This document shows positions 54,595-63,900 of a DNA stretch of 64,000 bases, piece by piece. Source of the stretch: Deltaproteobacteria bacterium (lineage in GTDB: Bacteria; Myxococcota_A; UBA9160; UBA6930). The position numbers and the translations under genes are program-made. The first letter of the stretch is position 1. Each line of letters starts with the position of its first letter. A model generated the notes under the pieces. The model was not told where the DNA came from, ran no database searches, and saw nothing but the letters and a program-made list of their open reading frames with translations. The DNA is taken from NCBI GenBank assembly GCA_028817435.1, contig JAPPPQ010000023.1, positions 58,836 to 122,835 on the forward strand. Direction: 5' to 3'.

Positions 54595-55629
54595 TCAGCC
54601 GCGCAGGCATTTTCGGATCACCTTGGCGATGCTAGCGGCGAGGGAAACCGGCAGGGCGTTGCCGACTTGGCGGTAGGCATTGGTCTTGGAGCCAATGAAT
54701 TGCCAATCGTCGGGGAAAGTTTGAAGCCGCGCCACCATGGGCACGGTGAGGCGCGGTTTCCCGCGGAAGCCCGGCGGCGGCGGCTCATTCGCCAACCCCA
54801 GGCCGTCCACGCCCAAGGTGGCCCAGAGCTTCCGCGCGCGAGTCGGCCCCAAGTCCGGCCCGCCGTGCTTGCGCGATCCGCCGACGATGGTCGGGGCGAT
54901 GGTGTTTGCGCCTTCCGCCCACTTGGCTGCCCGCTTCCAGCCCCGCGCGCCCATCAGGTCTCCAATCGCCTCGCCGACGGTCGGCGTCTTGTCGGCCATG
55001 GGCAAGGGCCAGTTCAGCGGCGCCGTCTCTCCCCGGCGCAGCGCGATCAAGAAAACGCGCGTCCGGGTTTGCGGCGCGCCAAAATTTGCCGCGTCAAACA
55101 TGGCCCAGTGAGAATCGAAGCCAAGCTTGCCGAGAGATTTGTCAATCTGCTCCCGATACGGCGCAAAACGGGATCCGAGCAGACCGCGCACATTCTCGAC
55201 GAGAACAGCCCGCGGCTTCAGTTTTGCAACGATGCGGAGCATATGCGGAAACATATCGCGCTCGTCTTTCGCGCCGTGCTGCTTCCCCGCAATGGAAAAT
55301 GGGGGACAGGGCAGTCCGGCGGATATCAAATCTGCACCCGCCCAGTAATCGGGATTGAAGCGGCGCAAATCCGCCTCAATCACATTCCAGTAAGGACGGT
55401 TGTGACGCAGCGTCGCGCAGCAGTGCGGGTCAATATCCAGCAACGCCAGCGGAGAGAAGCCCGCCGCTTCCAGCCCCAACGCCGCCCCGCCGCCACCCGC
55501 GCACAATTCAATCACAGAGAGGCCCTTGCGGGTGCGCCGCAGCCCTTTGCGGGCAATTGCCGCCCGCCCTACCCCATTCACAGTTGCGAAGGTCATGCCC
55601 CCCGACACCATCTCATGCCGTTGCGCCAT
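54595..55629 (-). CDS. dcm: DNA (cytosine-5)-methyltransferase
   Basis: Motif I IELCAGGGGAALGL; motif IV GLPCPPFS; motif VI ENVRGL; QVGNALP near the C-terminus. Confidence 0.9.
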   Translation of the reverse strand: MAQRHEMVSGGMTFATVNGVGRAAIARKGLRRTRKGLSVIELCAGGGGAALGLEAAGFSPLALLDIDPHCCATLRHNRPYWNVIEADLRRFNPDYWAGADLISAGLPCPPFSIAGKQHGAKDERDMFPHMLRIVAKLKPRAVLVENVRGLLGSRFAPYREQIDKSLGKLGFDSHWAMFDAANFGAPQTRTRVFLIALRRGETAPLNWPLPMADKTPTVGEAIGDLMGARGWKRAAKWAEGANTIAPTIVGGSRKHGGPDLGPTRARKLWATLGVDGLGLANEPPPPGFRGKPRLTVPMVARLQTFPDDWQFIGSKTNAYRQVGNALPVSLAASIAKVIRKCLRG

Positions 55630-55705
55630 AACAGGTCACAACCGGGGCTATCTGTCTTGATTCGCAGGCGGATGCGCGCCGAACTGCCAGCAGGCCATTC
55701 CCCAC

Positions 55706-55721
55706 GGGGAAATTTTTCCCC
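55706..55721. promoter_or_regulatory. Inverted repeat GGGGAAA-tt-TTTCCCC in the dcm / nuclease divergent spacer
   Basis: Read directly. Lies in the 211-bp spacer between dcm start (55629) and the PD-(D/E)xK gene start (55841). Confidence 0.4.
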
Positions 55722-55840
55722 ATCCCGGAAGTTCCGTACCTCCGCGCTACCCTCGCCTCCACGGGCGCTTGAGGGCGTGCTATACTGAGCCGGCTGGCGC
55801 GGTCGTGTGGCAGCGCGGGAGAACTAGAGGAGTCGAAGCC

Positions 55841-56947
55841 ATGAGCATGGAGCAGGTCTTGGTAAGGGCGGTCGAGCGCATCCGCTCCGGGCACTTGAGC
55901 AACGAGGCCCAAGTCAAGCAATCGGTCATTGTTCCGATACTGCGCGAGTTGGATTGGGACGACATCAATCCGATGGAGTTTGTGCCGGAATTCCCCGTTG
56001 AGAATCGATGGGTGGATTACGCGCTGTGTCGAGAAGTCAATAAGCAGAAGCAGCCGTTGATTTTCATCGAAGCCAAAAAGCTTGGCGGCGCAGATATCAA
56101 AGGCGAAGAGCAATTGTTCGGATATGCTAGCAATAGGGGCATTCCGTTTCTGATTTTGACCGACGGCAGTGTCTGGAATTTCTACCTCAGCATGGCAGTT
56201 GGGCTGCCTGTCGAGCGGCGATTTTATCGGATGGAATTGCAGCGCAGTGAAAAGATTCCGGAGTATGCTAAATTTCTGGAGGAGTACTTCCGGAAGGACC
56301 TCGTTGTTTCTGGGAAAGCCATGCAGGCAGCGCAGAAGCGACACAATGACAACCGTGAAATGGAGGAGGCGCGTAACACCATTCCGGTCGTCTGGAAGAG
56401 CTTGTTGAAGGATCCTGATGAGATGCTTCGCGACCTGCTCGCAGAGGCGGTGGAAGGCGAGTGTGGAACAAAGCCAGATCTCGATGATGTGGAGATGTTC
56501 CTTCTCGATCAACTCCAACAATCGCCTGCCGTGGCATCGTCTCCTTCCGGCCGCGCCCAACGGGAGAGTTTGAGCACGAGTGACCACATTCCGGCACAGA
56601 GGCGGCTCGTGAGAATCGTTGGATTCAATTTTGAAGGAGAATCCGTAAAAACCGGGCGCAATATCTGGACTCTGGAGGCAGTTCTGAAAATGTTTCAGAA
56701 ACGGGATGCTGACTTCATGGAGCGCTTCGCTCCCCAGACGGTGGGGCGAACTCGTCGGCTCGTAGCGAGAAATCGCAATGACCTTTTCGATCGGGATGAT
56801 CTGGTATCCGATAATTCCGTAGAATTGGAAGATGGCTGGTGGATGGGAACCTATCTCAGCAAAGGGAATGTGAGGGACTACATCAAAACCGCTTGCCAAA
56901 TCGCAGGCGTGAAATTCGGATCGGATTTGACTCTGATTGAGCGCTGA
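55841..56947 (+). CDS. Putative restriction endonuclease: HsdR_N-like PD-(D/E)xK N-terminal domain + uncharacterised C-terminal half
   Basis: ATG 55841 after AGAGGAG. SNEAQVKQSVIVPILRELDW...VDYAL...LIFIEAKK. Low G+C (27/60 in line 56101-56160). Divergent from dcm-vsr. Confidence 0.6.
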   Translation: MSMEQVLVRAVERIRSGHLSNEAQVKQSVIVPILRELDWDDINPMEFVPEFPVENRWVDYALCREVNKQKQPLIFIEAKKLGGADIKGEEQLFGYASNRGIPFLILTDGSVWNFYLSMAVGLPVERRFYRMELQRSEKIPEYAKFLEEYFRKDLVVSGKAMQAAQKRHNDNREMEEARNTIPVVWKSLLKDPDEMLRDLLAEAVEGECGTKPDLDDVEMFLLDQLQQSPAVASSPSGRAQRESLSTSDHIPAQRRLVRIVGFNFEGESVKTGRNIWTLEAVLKMFQKRDADFMERFAPQTVGRTRRLVARNRNDLFDRDDLVSDNSVELEDGWWMGTYLSKGNVRDYIKTACQIAGVKFGSDLTLIER

Positions 56948-56965
56948 TGCCGCTGTCGCCCCGGT

Positions 56966-58129
56966 TCAGCGCAAGGGGCGGAAGAAGGTGCGGAGGTCGT
57001 TGGCGAGCAGGGTGGGCTGTTCCATGGCGGCGAAGTGGCCGCCTTTGTTGTGGGTGGTGTAGTGCGTCACATTGTAGTGGCGCTCGGCCCAGGCGCGGGG
57101 GGCGTTGTAGATTTCGCCGGGGAAGCTGGCGCAGCCGGTGGGAACCTCCACCTTGCCCTGGGTGAAGCCGGCGCGGCCGCTCTTGCGCATTTCGTAGTAA
57201 AGGCGCATGGAGGAATTGATGGTGCCGGTTACCCAGTAGATGGTGATGTTGGTGAGCAGTTCGTCTCTGCTGAACACGCTCTCCACATCGCCGCCGCAGT
57301 CGCTCCATGCGCGAAACTTCTCGATAATCCAGCCCGCCAGCCCGGCGGGAGAATCGAAGAGGCCATAGGCGAGGGTCTGCGGCCTGGTGCCCTGGATGGC
57401 CTGATAGCCCGCCCCCGTCTGCTGAAATTCCTTTGAGCGCGCCAGGCTCTGCTGTTCGCGTTCGGAAAGCTCGCCGGGCTCTTCCGGCGGCAGCGCCATG
57501 ATCATATTGAGGTGAATGCCGGCGCAGTGCGCCGCGTCGAGGCGGCCGATGTGCACCGTCACCAGCGCGCCCCAGTCGCCGCCCTGCGCGCCGTAGCGCG
57601 TGTAGCCGAGGCGCCGCATCAGTTCCATCTCGGCCTCTGCAATGCGCTGGGCATCCCAGCCCCGCGCGTGGGTGGGGCCGCTGAAGCCGTAGCCGGGCAT
57701 GGAGGGGCAGACCACATGGAAGGCGTCGGCGGCGTCGCCGCCATGCGCTTCGGGTTCGGTAAGCAGCGGCAAAATCTTCTGAAACTCGGCGATGCTGCCG
57801 GGCCAGCCGTGGGTAATGAGCAGCGGCAGCGCGTCTTCGCGCTTTGCGCGGGCGTGAATGAAGTGAATGCGCTGCCCATCCACCTGCGTGGTGAACTGCG
57901 GCCAGCGGTTGAGCGCGGCCTCGTGCCGCCGCCAGTCGTATTCGCCGCGCCAGTATTCGCAAAGCTCGCGCAGATAGGCGAGCTCGGTGCCGTAATCCCA
58001 GCCGCTGCCGGGAATCTGATCGGGCCAGCGCGTCCGCGCCAGGCGCTCGCGCAGGTCGGCCAAAATCTCTTCCGGCACTGCGATCTGAAAGGGCGCAATC
58101 TGCGCCGCACCCGCCGGCTCTTCGCTCAT
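56966..58129 (-). CDS. Epoxide hydrolase (microsomal/EHN-type alpha/beta hydrolase)
   Basis: ATG 58129. [26 protein letters not shown]...HGWPGS. Confidence 0.85.
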   Translation of the reverse strand: MSEEPAGAAQIAPFQIAVPEEILADLRERLARTRWPDQIPGSGWDYGTELAYLRELCEYWRGEYDWRRHEAALNRWPQFTTQVDGQRIHFIHARAKREDALPLLITHGWPGSIAEFQKILPLLTEPEAHGGDAADAFHVVCPSMPGYGFSGPTHARGWDAQRIAEAEMELMRRLGYTRYGAQGGDWGALVTVHIGRLDAAHCAGIHLNMIMALPPEEPGELSEREQQSLARSKEFQQTGAGYQAIQGTRPQTLAYGLFDSPAGLAGWIIEKFRAWSDCGGDVESVFSRDELLTNITIYWVTGTINSSMRLYYEMRKSGRAGFTQGKVEVPTGCASFPGEIYNAPRAWAERHYNVTHYTTHNKGGHFAAMEQPTLLANDLRTFFRPLR

Positions 58130-58596
58130 GTTTCGCCTCCCAGCGCGCGGATCACCTCCGGCGGCGCTTGCACCAGTTCGATCAGCACGCCTTCGCCGCC
58201 GATGGGCGCTTCCTCGCTGCCCTTCGGATGGATAAAGCAGACATCGAAGCCCGCCGCGCCCTGGCGAATCCCGCCCGGCGTGAAGCGGACGCCGCGCTCG
58301 CCGAGCCAGCCGACGGCGGCGGGCAGGTCGTCCACCCACAGCCCCACATGGTTCAGGGCGGGCTCGTGCACCTTCGGCCGCCGCGCGGGATCCAGGGGCT
58401 GCATCAAGTCCACCTCGACGCGCAGCGGGCCCGCGCCCAGCACGGCAATGTCCTCTTCCACATTCTCGCTCTCGCTGCGAAAGGAGCCTTCCTCGCCGAG
58501 GCCGAGAGTCTCAATCCACAGCTTGCGCAGGCGCGCTTTGTCGAGTGCGCCGACGGCGATTTGCTGCACGCCGAGAATGCGGAAGGGGCGGGGCAA
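58126..58596 (-). CDS. VOC/glyoxalase family protein
   Basis: No ATG in frame. TTG 58596 lies 6 nt after [16 protein letters not shown]...[11 protein letters not shown]; stop overlaps the epoxide hydrolase start (ATGA). Confidence 0.6.
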   Translation of the reverse strand: MPRPFRILGVQQIAVGALDKARLRKLWIETLGLGEEGSFRSESENVEEDIAVLGAGPLRVEVDLMQPLDPARRPKVHEPALNHVGLWVDDLPAAVGWLGERGVRFTPGGIRQGAAGFDVCFIHPKGSEEAPIGGEGVLIELVQAPPEVIRALGGET

Positions 58597-58654
58597 GGCG
58601 GTCTCCCGGTGGTCTGGTTGCGGGCGGGCGAGTGTAGGCCGCGCCCTCGGCGCG

Positions 58655-59197
58655 TCAATTCGCTGCCGGCGGCGGCGGGGCGGCGGCTTCGCCGCGATAG
58701 CCCCGCGCCAGCAGATAGCGCTCGCTGGAGCCGCGCCGCGTGGCCCGGGTGCGCACCGGCCGCAGCGAGGCGAAGCGGCTGCCAATACGGCGGCGGAAGG
58801 CCCCGGCCTCGGGGCATTCCAGCAGTTTCGCCAGCAGCGCGCCGCCGGGGGCGAGCAGCGCGGGCAGCGCGGCTTCCAGCGCACTCAGCAGGGCGTCTTC
58901 GGCGGCGCGGTCGCGGACGCGCACGCCGCTCAGGCGGGGGGCGGCGTCGCTCAGCACCACATGCGCCGGGCCGCCCAAGGTGCGGCGCAGCGCCTGCAAC
59001 AGCTCGGGCTGCGAAAAATCGCCCTGCAGCGCGCGGACATTGGCGAGCGGCAGCGGATCCAGCCCGCGCAAATCTACGCCCACCACGCGGCCGCTTGGCC
59101 CCACGGCCTGCGACGCCACCTGCAGCCAGCCCCCCGGCCAGCAGCCGAGATCGACCACGCGCTGGCCGGGGCGCAGCAATCCGTGGGCGCGCTGCAC
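58655..59197 (-). CDS. rlmE: 23S rRNA (uridine2552-2'-O)-methyltransferase RlmE/FtsJ (minimal extent; conserved N-terminal motif lies upstream of any canonical start)
   Basis: [14 protein letters not shown] motif...VVLSDAAP. In-frame upstream codons encode YQRRDSFHQRAQREGFRSRAAYKL, which is part of the family. Confidence 0.75.
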   Translation of the reverse strand: MQRAHGLLRPGQRVVDLGCWPGGWLQVASQAVGPSGRVVGVDLRGLDPLPLANVRALQGDFSQPELLQALRRTLGGPAHVVLSDAAPRLSGVRVRDRAAEDALLSALEAALPALLAPGGALLAKLLECPEAGAFRRRIGSRFASLRPVRTRATRRGSSERYLLARGYRGEAAAPPPPAAN

Positions 59198-59285
59198 TTC
59201 CCGCAGTTTGTAGGCGGCGCGGGAGCGAAAGCCCTCGCGCTGTGCGCGCTGGTGAAAGCTGTCGCGGCGCTGGTAAGCGGCCAGG

Positions 59286-59927
59286 CTACTTGGGCGCGGC
59301 GGCGGGGCGCAGAATCACCAGGCCGCCGTTGTGGCCGGGCGCTGCCCCGCGCAGCAAAATCAGGCCGCGTTCTGTGTCCACCTGCACCACCTCCACATTG
59401 CGGGTGGTAACGCGCTCGCGGCCCATGCGCCCGAACATACCCTGCCCCTTCCACACCCGGCCCGGCGAAGCGCCCGCGCCAATGGCGCCGGGGCGGCGGA
59501 AGCCCTCGTGGGTGCCGTGGGTGCGGCGCTTGATGCGAAAGCCGTGGCGGCGCACAGTGCCCGCCGTGCCGCGCCCCTTGGAGACGCCCGTCACATCCAC
59601 CCGCTGTCCGGCCTCGAAAATGTCGGCACCAATCTCGCCGCCCACCTCGCGCGCCTCCAGCTCTTCGGCGCTCACCCGGCACTCGCGCAGCCAGCGGCGC
59701 GGCGAAACCCCCGCCTTTTGGAAGTGGCCGAGCCGGGGCCGCTGCAGCGTTGCGGCGCGGCGCTGGTGGAAGCCGAGCTGCAGGGCGGCGTAGCCGTCGC
59801 GCTCCGGCGTCTTCTTCTGCACGATGGCGTTGGGGCCGGCTTCCAGCGCGGTTACGGGAATGCACTCGCCCGAATCGGTGAAGACCCGGGTCATGCCGAT
59901 TTTGCGGCACAGCAGTTCAAGGGCCAC
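59286..59927 (-). CDS. rplC: 50S ribosomal protein L3
   Basis: KIGMTRVFTDSGECIPVT...VDVTGVSKGRGTAGTVRRHGF...GRMGRERVTTRNVEVVQVD aligns along its length with remembered E. coli L3. Confidence 0.9.
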   Translation of the reverse strand: MALELLCRKIGMTRVFTDSGECIPVTALEAGPNAIVQKKTPERDGYAALQLGFHQRRAATLQRPRLGHFQKAGVSPRRWLRECRVSAEELEAREVGGEIGADIFEAGQRVDVTGVSKGRGTAGTVRRHGFRIKRRTHGTHEGFRRPGAIGAGASPGRVWKGQGMFGRMGRERVTTRNVEVVQVDTERGLILLRGAAPGHNGGLVILRPAAAPK

Positions 59928-60050
59928 GGCGCTCTCCTTGGATGGGGCGGGCAGTCTAGGCGGGCCGCCCCGGCCTGTCCACCCCCCTCGGTGGGGCCTG
60001 CCCGCCCTCCACCCGGCGGGCGGTGAACACCGCCTTCGAGAGGGAGCGCG

Positions 60051-60872
60051 TCAGGGGAGCGCAATTTCGCCCTTCATGTAAAAGCGGCATTCTCCTTCCA
60101 TCAAAATGCGCTCGCCTTGCACGCGCATTTTGACGGCCCCCCCGCGCTCGGAAAGCTGCCTCGCAGCTAGGGTGCTTTTCCCCAGACGCTCTGCCCAATA
60201 GGGCGCCATCATGCAGTGCGCCGAGCCTGTGACGGGATCTTCGGGAATCCCATGCGCGGGATCGAAGAAGCGCGACACAAAATCGCAGCCGCCCTCCCCC
60301 GGCGCAGTGGCGATCACCCCCTCACTTCCCTGTTTCCGGCAGAGCTCGGCAAGAGTGGGCATATCGGGCTTCAGGCCGGTGATGTCCCGGGCGCTGCCAA
60401 AAACCGCCATCAAAAACGGGCCGCTGTGGGTTTCCACGGGCGCTGCGCCCAAACCCTGCGGCAGTTCCGGCAACGGCTCGCAGGCCGCCGAGGGTTCGGC
60501 GGGAAGATTCATGAGCAGCGCGCTGCCCCTGGACTTTTCCACCGTGAAGCGGCCGCGCCGCGTCTCAAACACAACCTGCTCGCGCTCCTTATCCAGAAAA
60601 TAGAAAAGCACATAAGCGCTCGCCAAAGTCGCGTGGCCGCAAAAATTCACTTCCACAGTGGGCGTAAACCAGCGCAGGCGGAAGTAATCGCCTTCGGGCA
60701 CAAAGAAGGCGGTCTCGGAGAGGTTGTTTTCGTTGGCGATGCGCTGCATGAGGCCAGCGTCCAGCCACGCGCGCAGTGGGCAAACGGCGGCGGGGTTGCC
60801 CCTGAAGAGCTGATCGGTGAAGGCGTCAATCTGGTAGATGGGGATGGCGGGCATAGCTGCGGCATTTATCAC
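60051..60872 (-). CDS. PhzF-family isomerase
   Basis: [24 protein letters not shown]...ETAFF...FCGHATLA. Alternative ATG at 60854. Confidence 0.85.
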   Translation of the reverse strand: MINAAAMPAIPIYQIDAFTDQLFRGNPAAVCPLRAWLDAGLMQRIANENNLSETAFFVPEGDYFRLRWFTPTVEVNFCGHATLASAYVLFYFLDKEREQVVFETRRGRFTVEKSRGSALLMNLPAEPSAACEPLPELPQGLGAAPVETHSGPFLMAVFGSARDITGLKPDMPTLAELCRKQGSEGVIATAPGEGGCDFVSRFFDPAHGIPEDPVTGSAHCMMAPYWAERLGKSTLAARQLSERGGAVKMRVQGERILMEGECRFYMKGEIALP

Positions 60873-60917
60873 AGGGCCGCAATCGAGTCAAAGCGCTATG
60901 CTGGGCGGCGCGCGCCA

Positions 60918-60946
60918 CCCCGCCCCTTTGCCGGGCGGGGCTTTTG
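60918..60946 (+). terminator. GC-rich stem-loop (CCCCGCCC / GGGCGGGG, 7-nt loop) followed by CTTTTGT, 20 nt upstream of the mfd start
   Basis: Read directly. There is no plus-strand gene upstream for it to terminate, so its role is unclear. Confidence 0.3.
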
Positions 60947-60965
60947 TGCGGCGGCGGGAGAGGGC

Positions 60966-63900
60966 GTGAAGTCGGGCGCGGTGGAAAAGGCCGGACTCGC
61001 CGGGTTGGCCGCGCGGCTGGCGAAGCGCCGGGGCAGTGTGCGGCTGCACGGATTGCGCGGCGCATCGCAGGCGCTGGTTGCGGCGCAGTTGATCGAGTCG
61101 CATTCGGGCGCGGCGCTGGTGGTCGCTGCGGGCGCAAAGCAGGCAGATCGCTTCGCGCTGGATCTGCAGGCCGCGCTGGGGGAGCCGCAATCCGCAGGCG
61201 GCCGCGTGCGCGTCTTTCCGCATCCCGATACCGCGCCCTACGACCGCTTTTCTCCGCAGCCTTTCGTCGTGGCGCAGCGCATGGATGTGCTGCATCGGCT
61301 CGCCGCGCCGCGCGCGGCACATTCCGCCGCGCCGGTGTTGGTGGCGCCGTGGACGGCGCTGGCCTGGCGCGTTCCCACCCGCGCGGCGGTGCGCGCGGCC
61401 TCGCTGCAGGTGGCGCGGGGGGACGAGTTGGATCGCGACGAGTTTGCGCTGGCGCTGGCTGCGGCGGGCTATGCGCGGCAGCCCCTTGCCGAAGAGCGCG
61501 GAGAGTTTGCGCTGCGCGGCGGCATTGTGGATGTGTTTCCGCCGCAGCGCGCGCTTCCCGTGCGCATTGAATTGCTGGGCAGCGAAGTGGAATCGCTGCG
61601 CGAATTCGACCCCGCCAGTCAGCGCTCTCAGGCCGAACTGGAAGCCGCCGCGCTGCCGCCTCCGCGCGAGTTGTTGTTGCAGCGCGATTTGGTTGTGGCG
61701 CAGAGCGATGCGCTGCGCGCCCGCGCCGAACAACAGGGCGTGCCGCCCGCCGCAATGGACGCCCTGCTCGACTCGCTGCTGCGCGGCGCGCTGCCCCCCG
61801 GCGCAGAAGCCATCGCCCCGCTGCTGCAGCCCGGCGGTTGCGAGAGCTTCTTCAATTTTCTGCCGGACGATGCATTGCTGATTCTCGCCGAACCCGCCGA
61901 AGCACAGCAGCGCATGCAGCGCTTTGCCGACGAAGCCGGCGAGGCGCACGATTCCGCCCGGGCCTCGGCGCAGCGCTTGGTTTGCGAGCCGGGCGAACTG
62001 CTGCTGACTCCCGGCGAAATTACCGAAGCCATTGCCGCGCGCCGCGCCGTGCATCTGGAGCGGCTCGAAGTGCAAACGGGCGTGGATTCTGCTGCGGGCG
62101 AATCCATTGCGCTGCGCGCGGCGGGCAACGAGTTGCTGTGCCGCGAGTTGCAATCCGCGCGCGGCGCAGAGCAGCCTCTTGCGCCGCTGCTGCGCGCGTT
62201 GCGCGGCTGGTGCAATGCGGGGCAGCGCGTCGCGCTGTTGGCTGATGCGCTGTCGGGCGCAGAGCGCCTGCGCGCGCTGCTCGGCGAGCACGGCTTTGCG
62301 GTGGAGGTTGCGCGGGAGCCCGCACCGGCCCGCAATTGGTCCGCCCCCGGCCAGGTGCAGCTTCGCGTCGCCGATCTCTCCGCCGGTTTCGCGCTGCCCG
62401 AAGCGGGGCTGGCTGTGCTCACCGAGCAGGAAATCTTCGGCCCGCGGCAGCGCCGCCGCCCCACAGCCGGCTTCGGCGCGGGGCTGGATGCGGCGCAATC
62501 GGCCCTGGCGAAGCTCGCGCCCGGCGACCGCCTGGTGCACGCCGAGCACGGCATTGGCGTCTATCGCGGCTTCGTGTTGCTAAAGCTCGGCCGCTCTGCC
62601 GAGGAGTTTTTGCGCATTGAATACGATGGGGGCGACCGGCTCTTTGTGCCGGTGCACCGGCTCAACCTGGTGCAGCCCTATGTGGGTGCAGATGGCGTGG
62701 CGCCGCCGCTGGATCGGCTGGGCGGCGCCACCTGGGAAAAGACGCGGCGCGCGGTGCGCCGCTCGCTGCGCGATATGGCGAAGGGCCTGCTGGAAGTGCA
62801 CGCCGCCCGCGAGCTTGCGCCGGGAACCGCCTTTGCGCCCCGCGACCGCGCGCTGGCCGATTTCGAGGCGCGCTTTCCCTATGAGGAAACGCCGGATCAA
62901 TCCGCGGCCATTGCAGATGTGCTGGCCGATCTCGCCGCGCCGCGCCCCATGGACCGGTTGATTTGCGGCGATGTGGGCTATGGCAAAACCGAGGTCGCCT
63001 GCCGCGCCGCGCACCAGGTGCTGATGGCGGGCGCGCAGGTGGCGGTGCTGGTTCCCACGACGATTCTCTGCCAGCAGCACCTCGACACTTTTCGCAAGCG
63101 CTTTGCGGGATTGCCCGCGCGCATCGAATCGCTTTCGCGCTTCAGCAACCCCGCGCAATCGCGCGCGGTGCTGGAGGGCATGGAGAACGGCGGCGTGGAT
63201 CTGGTCATTGGCACGCACCGCCTGCTGCAGAAGAATGTGCGCTTCCGCAATCTCGGCCTGCTGGTGGTGGACGAAGAACACCGCTTCGGCGTGGCGCACA
63301 AGGAGCGCATCAAGCGCTTCCGGCAATCGGTGGATGTGCTGACGCTGACGGCCACACCCATTCCGCGCACTTTGCAAATGGCCTTCACCAGCCTGCGCGA
63401 TTTGTCGGTGATTGCAACGCCGCCGCCGGATCGCCTGGCGGTGCGCACGCAGCTCTGCCTCTTCGAAGAATCTCTGGTGCGCGAGGCAATTTTGCGCGAG
63501 GTGCGGCGCGGCGGGCAGGTTTTCTTCGTGCACAACCGCGTGCGCAGCATCGGCTCCATTGCCGAATTGCTGGAGCGCATTGTTCCCGAGGTGCGCGTGC
63601 AGGTGGCGCACGGGCAAATGTCCGAGCGCGAACTGGAAGACCGCATGCGCGCATTTCTGAATGGCGATTACGATCTGCTGCTCTGCACCACCATCATCGA
63701 GAGCGGGCTGGATATGCCGCGCGTCAACACCATCCTGGTAGACCGCGCGGACCGCTTGGGGCTGGCGCAGCTTTACCAGTTGCGCGGGCGGGTAGGGCGC
63801 AGCGGCCAGCGCGCCTACGCCTACCTGCTGATTCCCGGCGAAGCGGCGCTCACCCGGCAGGCGCTGAGCCGGCTGGAGGCGATTCAGGATTTGGCCGGAC

